Shown: positions 61,590-64,000 of the stretch, one piece after another
Layout: each line of letters begins with the position of its first letter
Numbering within the stretch: position 1 is the first letter of the stretch
Origin: Malacoraja senta
Taxonomy: Eukaryota
Reading direction: 5' to 3'
Assembly: GCA_038087875.1 (NCBI GenBank)
Contig: CM075989.1
Location: 10,852,001 to 10,916,000, forward strand
Length of the DNA: 64,000 nucleotides
Notes under the pieces: generated by a model
The model's database searches: none
Seen by the model: the letters and a program-made list of their open reading frames with translations, nothing else
What the model was told of the DNA's origin: nothing
Position numbers and translations under genes: made by a program

Positions 61590-62550
61590 GGTCATATCTT
61601 GGAAGAGGATTATCAGGCCGTACGGTGGATGTTATAGCAGCAGCCTGGAGGAATAGTACCCAGAAGCAGTACATTTCTTATATAAAGAAATAGGAGGTGT
61701 TTTGTTCAGGAAAGAATATTGCATATAGCACAGCAGAAATTTCAGATGTATTAGAGTTTCTTTCAACTCTTTACTACGAATTAAAAATTAAGTTATAGTG
61801 CAAACAATACTGCACGAAGTGCACTCTCTGCATATTAAGCAGTGAATCAGAACAAAATCCAATAGGATCACATCCTTGGGTCTGTAGGTTTATGAAGGGA
61901 ATTTTCAAATCCAATCCTCCTAGACCTAGGTACACAGAAATCTGGAATGTAAAAGATGTACTGATGCTGCTGAAGGATTCAAATCCTATTGAAACTCTGT
62001 CATTAGCCGAAATCACCATGAAATTGGTTATGCTGACGGCATTAGTTTCAGCTCAGAGAGTACAAACATTACAGAAATTAAATTGACAGAATGAAAGTAG
62101 GGGCAGATGCCGTTACATTCTATGTCTATGATTTACTGAAGCAAAGTAGACCTGGGTTCACGGGATGTAAGTTGGAGTTTTCAGCATGGCTATGTGTAGT
62201 AACATATGTAAGATGTTACATGGAAACAAACAGAATCTTAAGAGGCACAGAATTAGCATCTTTTATTAGTCATAAAAGTCCTCATAAGAAAGTGTCAACA
62301 CAGACAATTTCAAGATGGTTTGAAACAGGTGTTGATTTATTCAGGTATTGATACTGATAAATTAAAATCTCATTCCACCAGGGCGGCATCAACATCGGCC
62401 AGGGATTCAGACGTTCCAATAGACCTTATCCTCGCGGCCGCAGGATGGGCAAGTGAACAGATGTTTCACAAGTATTACCATAAGGAGATTAAAGATCCCG
62501 GGGTGGTTGGTGATGCCGTGCTGGGTTCAGTATTAAATCCCCCATTATGA
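61590..62550 (+). pseudogene. DIRS tyrosine recombinase, fragmented
   Basis: Catalytic signatures SAQRVQTL (R), LKQSRPG, KSHSTRAAS (HxxR), AAGW and FHKYY (Y). Stops and frameshifts present. Confidence 0.9.
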
Positions 62551-62704
62551 TAAATGGGTTAATTTGTTAAAATAAATAGAACCATTAACTGATTACATTT
62601 AATGTTGTGGTTATGCATTGTTGATTGTGCTTACTCAATAGAGTCAATCAGTGCAGTGAGCACCTGGATTTTAATCCACGGTGTGAAATCACAGAGCTTT
62701 GAAA

Positions 62705-62817
62705 TCTTCACGTAGTCACTCACGTGACTCCGAAGTAAAATAGTAAGATTAAACGAGAACTTACCAGTTTGAAGTTTGATCTTTATTTTATGAGGAGTAA
62801 CGTTGAGGGATTACGTG
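62705..62817. repeat. DIRS internal complementary region (ICR)
   Basis: 62705-62741 is the exact reverse complement of 57993-58029 (37 nt). 62740-62817 is the exact reverse complement of 62964-63041 (78 nt). Confidence 0.95.
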
Positions 62818-63519
62818 CCCTCCGCTCCCACCCTCATAAAAGGATCGAGCTGGTAGTTCTAAGTCTTTATGCATCTTACTATCATACTTCAGTAATTATC
62901 GTCTGTGATTTTCACTCCGCTGCTTTGAAGATTGACGCGTGTACGGCTGGACGGGGTCTTCTTCACGTAATCCCTCAACGTTACTCCTCATAAAATAAAG
63001 ATCAAACTTCAAACTGGTAAGTTCTCGTTTAATCTTACTATCAAATTGCTAGCGAGCCAGCTACATAACAATTTCATAAATGCACTTCAAAGTGGCTGTA
63101 AACAACTTTGGCATATCCAGAGATGATAATGAATACTTTAGAAATGCTACTCCCCATTTTAGGATCCCCACATCTTGCACTTTCGCTATCGATTGTATTT
63201 TGAATTGAAGAATTGTGATTACGTGAAGCATGTTTGTCATTCTGAACCTAATGAATGAAACAATTTACAAATGACCATAAAGTATTGAAGCACACAGGAG
63301 AGGGAGAGGAACTCAGCCACTTTTGTAATGAATTAAAAATGAAATATTTTACACGATTTAAAGCAATAACAATTATTGGAATAACAAACAATAATAAATC
63401 AATTTAAAATCTTATAGGGGTGAAAGGCAGCAAACAGCTGGAAACCATCCTGGAAGTGAAGGATGAATGAAAAACATTCATTTTCCAGTAAATGGAAAAG
63501 TGGCCAATTTGAGATGTTT

Positions 63520-63950
63520 ATGACAATATAAAAGTCAAGGAAGAGGCTTACAAAGTTTCCACAAATGCTGTTGACTCAATGAATGGAAGACTTCAGAACC
63601 AAGACATTTAAAAAAAAAGACAAGATAAAAATTGAGAAACAAATTAATGAGAATCATAAAAATAAGCTTCAATAGCAAGGCCAACAGGAAAAGAGAAGCA
63701 AGGAGAAAATGTTGATCTCTTACAGGTAGAAAAGGGAGAATATAATAAGCAATTAAGAAATAGCAGAGATATTAAGCAAACACTTTGTCTGTGTTCTTGG
63801 AAGACAAAATAATCCTGCCAGAAATACCAGAAAACCAAAGGTCTAGTACAATGGGGTACTGAAGGAAATAAGTAATAGAATTTAAAAAAAGGTTATTAAG
63901 AGAAGCAAGAGGAGATTATAAGGGTCTTGATGGAGTCCCTTTCAACTTCT
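63520..63950 (+). mobile_element. Degenerate CR1-type ORF2 fragment
   Basis: Remnants of the endonuclease-RT linker (AAGCTTCAATAGC...ACTTTGTCTGTGTTCTTGGAAGAC), similar in character to 44200-44600. Confidence 0.45.
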
Positions 63951-64000
63951 CTAGCCAGAAAACTGTTGAGTAGCAAATGTTGTTCCTTTGTTTAAGAAAG

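Larger units (their letters stand above)
57993..63041 (+). mobile_element. Full-length DIRS1-like tyrosine-recombinase retrotransposon (coding-defective)
   Basis: Inverted terminal repeats (58020-58056 vs 62933-62969), an internal complementary region 62705-62817 matching both ends, gag-RT-RH-MT-YR domain order, and no target-site duplication beyond a shared AT. Confidence 0.95.

Noticed and set aside
57993..63041. Prophage or bacterial contamination (integrase plus Dam-like methylase plus RT)
   Set aside because: The domain order and ITR/ICR structure are those of eukaryotic DIRS1-like retrotransposons, embedded colinearly in a vertebrate intron.

Overview
Eukaryotic vertebrate genomic DNA, most likely a skate or ray (inferred from the HE1-type SINE, CR1 and Penelope repeat content). 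The only host gene I can support is UACA (uveal autoantigen with coiled-coil domains and ankyrin repeats) on the minus strand. Eleven coding exons were read by hand with GT-AG sites and consistent phases: 56894-56857, 54055-53966, 48260-48153, 45803-45771, 41930-41832, 35554-35506, 33933-33881, 32627-29922, 27916-27767, 23957-23892 and 21557-21486 (stop). The ankyrin-repeat exons must lie beyond position 64000. Positions 1-~19000 are downstream intergenic DNA. The most structured mobile element is a complete ~5.05 kb DIRS1-like tyrosine-recombinase retrotransposon (57993-63041, + strand, in a UACA intron). It has gag-like, RT, RNase H, DNA adenine-methyltransferase-like and YR domains, all disrupted, but perfectly matching termini and internal complementary region. 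The rest is dense in HE1-like tRNA SINEs, CR1, Rex1/Babar and RTE-X-like LINE fragments and Harbinger-like MITEs. There are also many Penelope-derived short repeats carrying hammerhead-ribozyme-like cores, often as long palindromes. I found no demonstrably new biological system. The best leads are the apparently trans-mobilised DIRS element, the hammerhead/palindrome repeats, a modular non-coding retroelement family, and a periodic YVP-type repeat in the UACA coiled coil.
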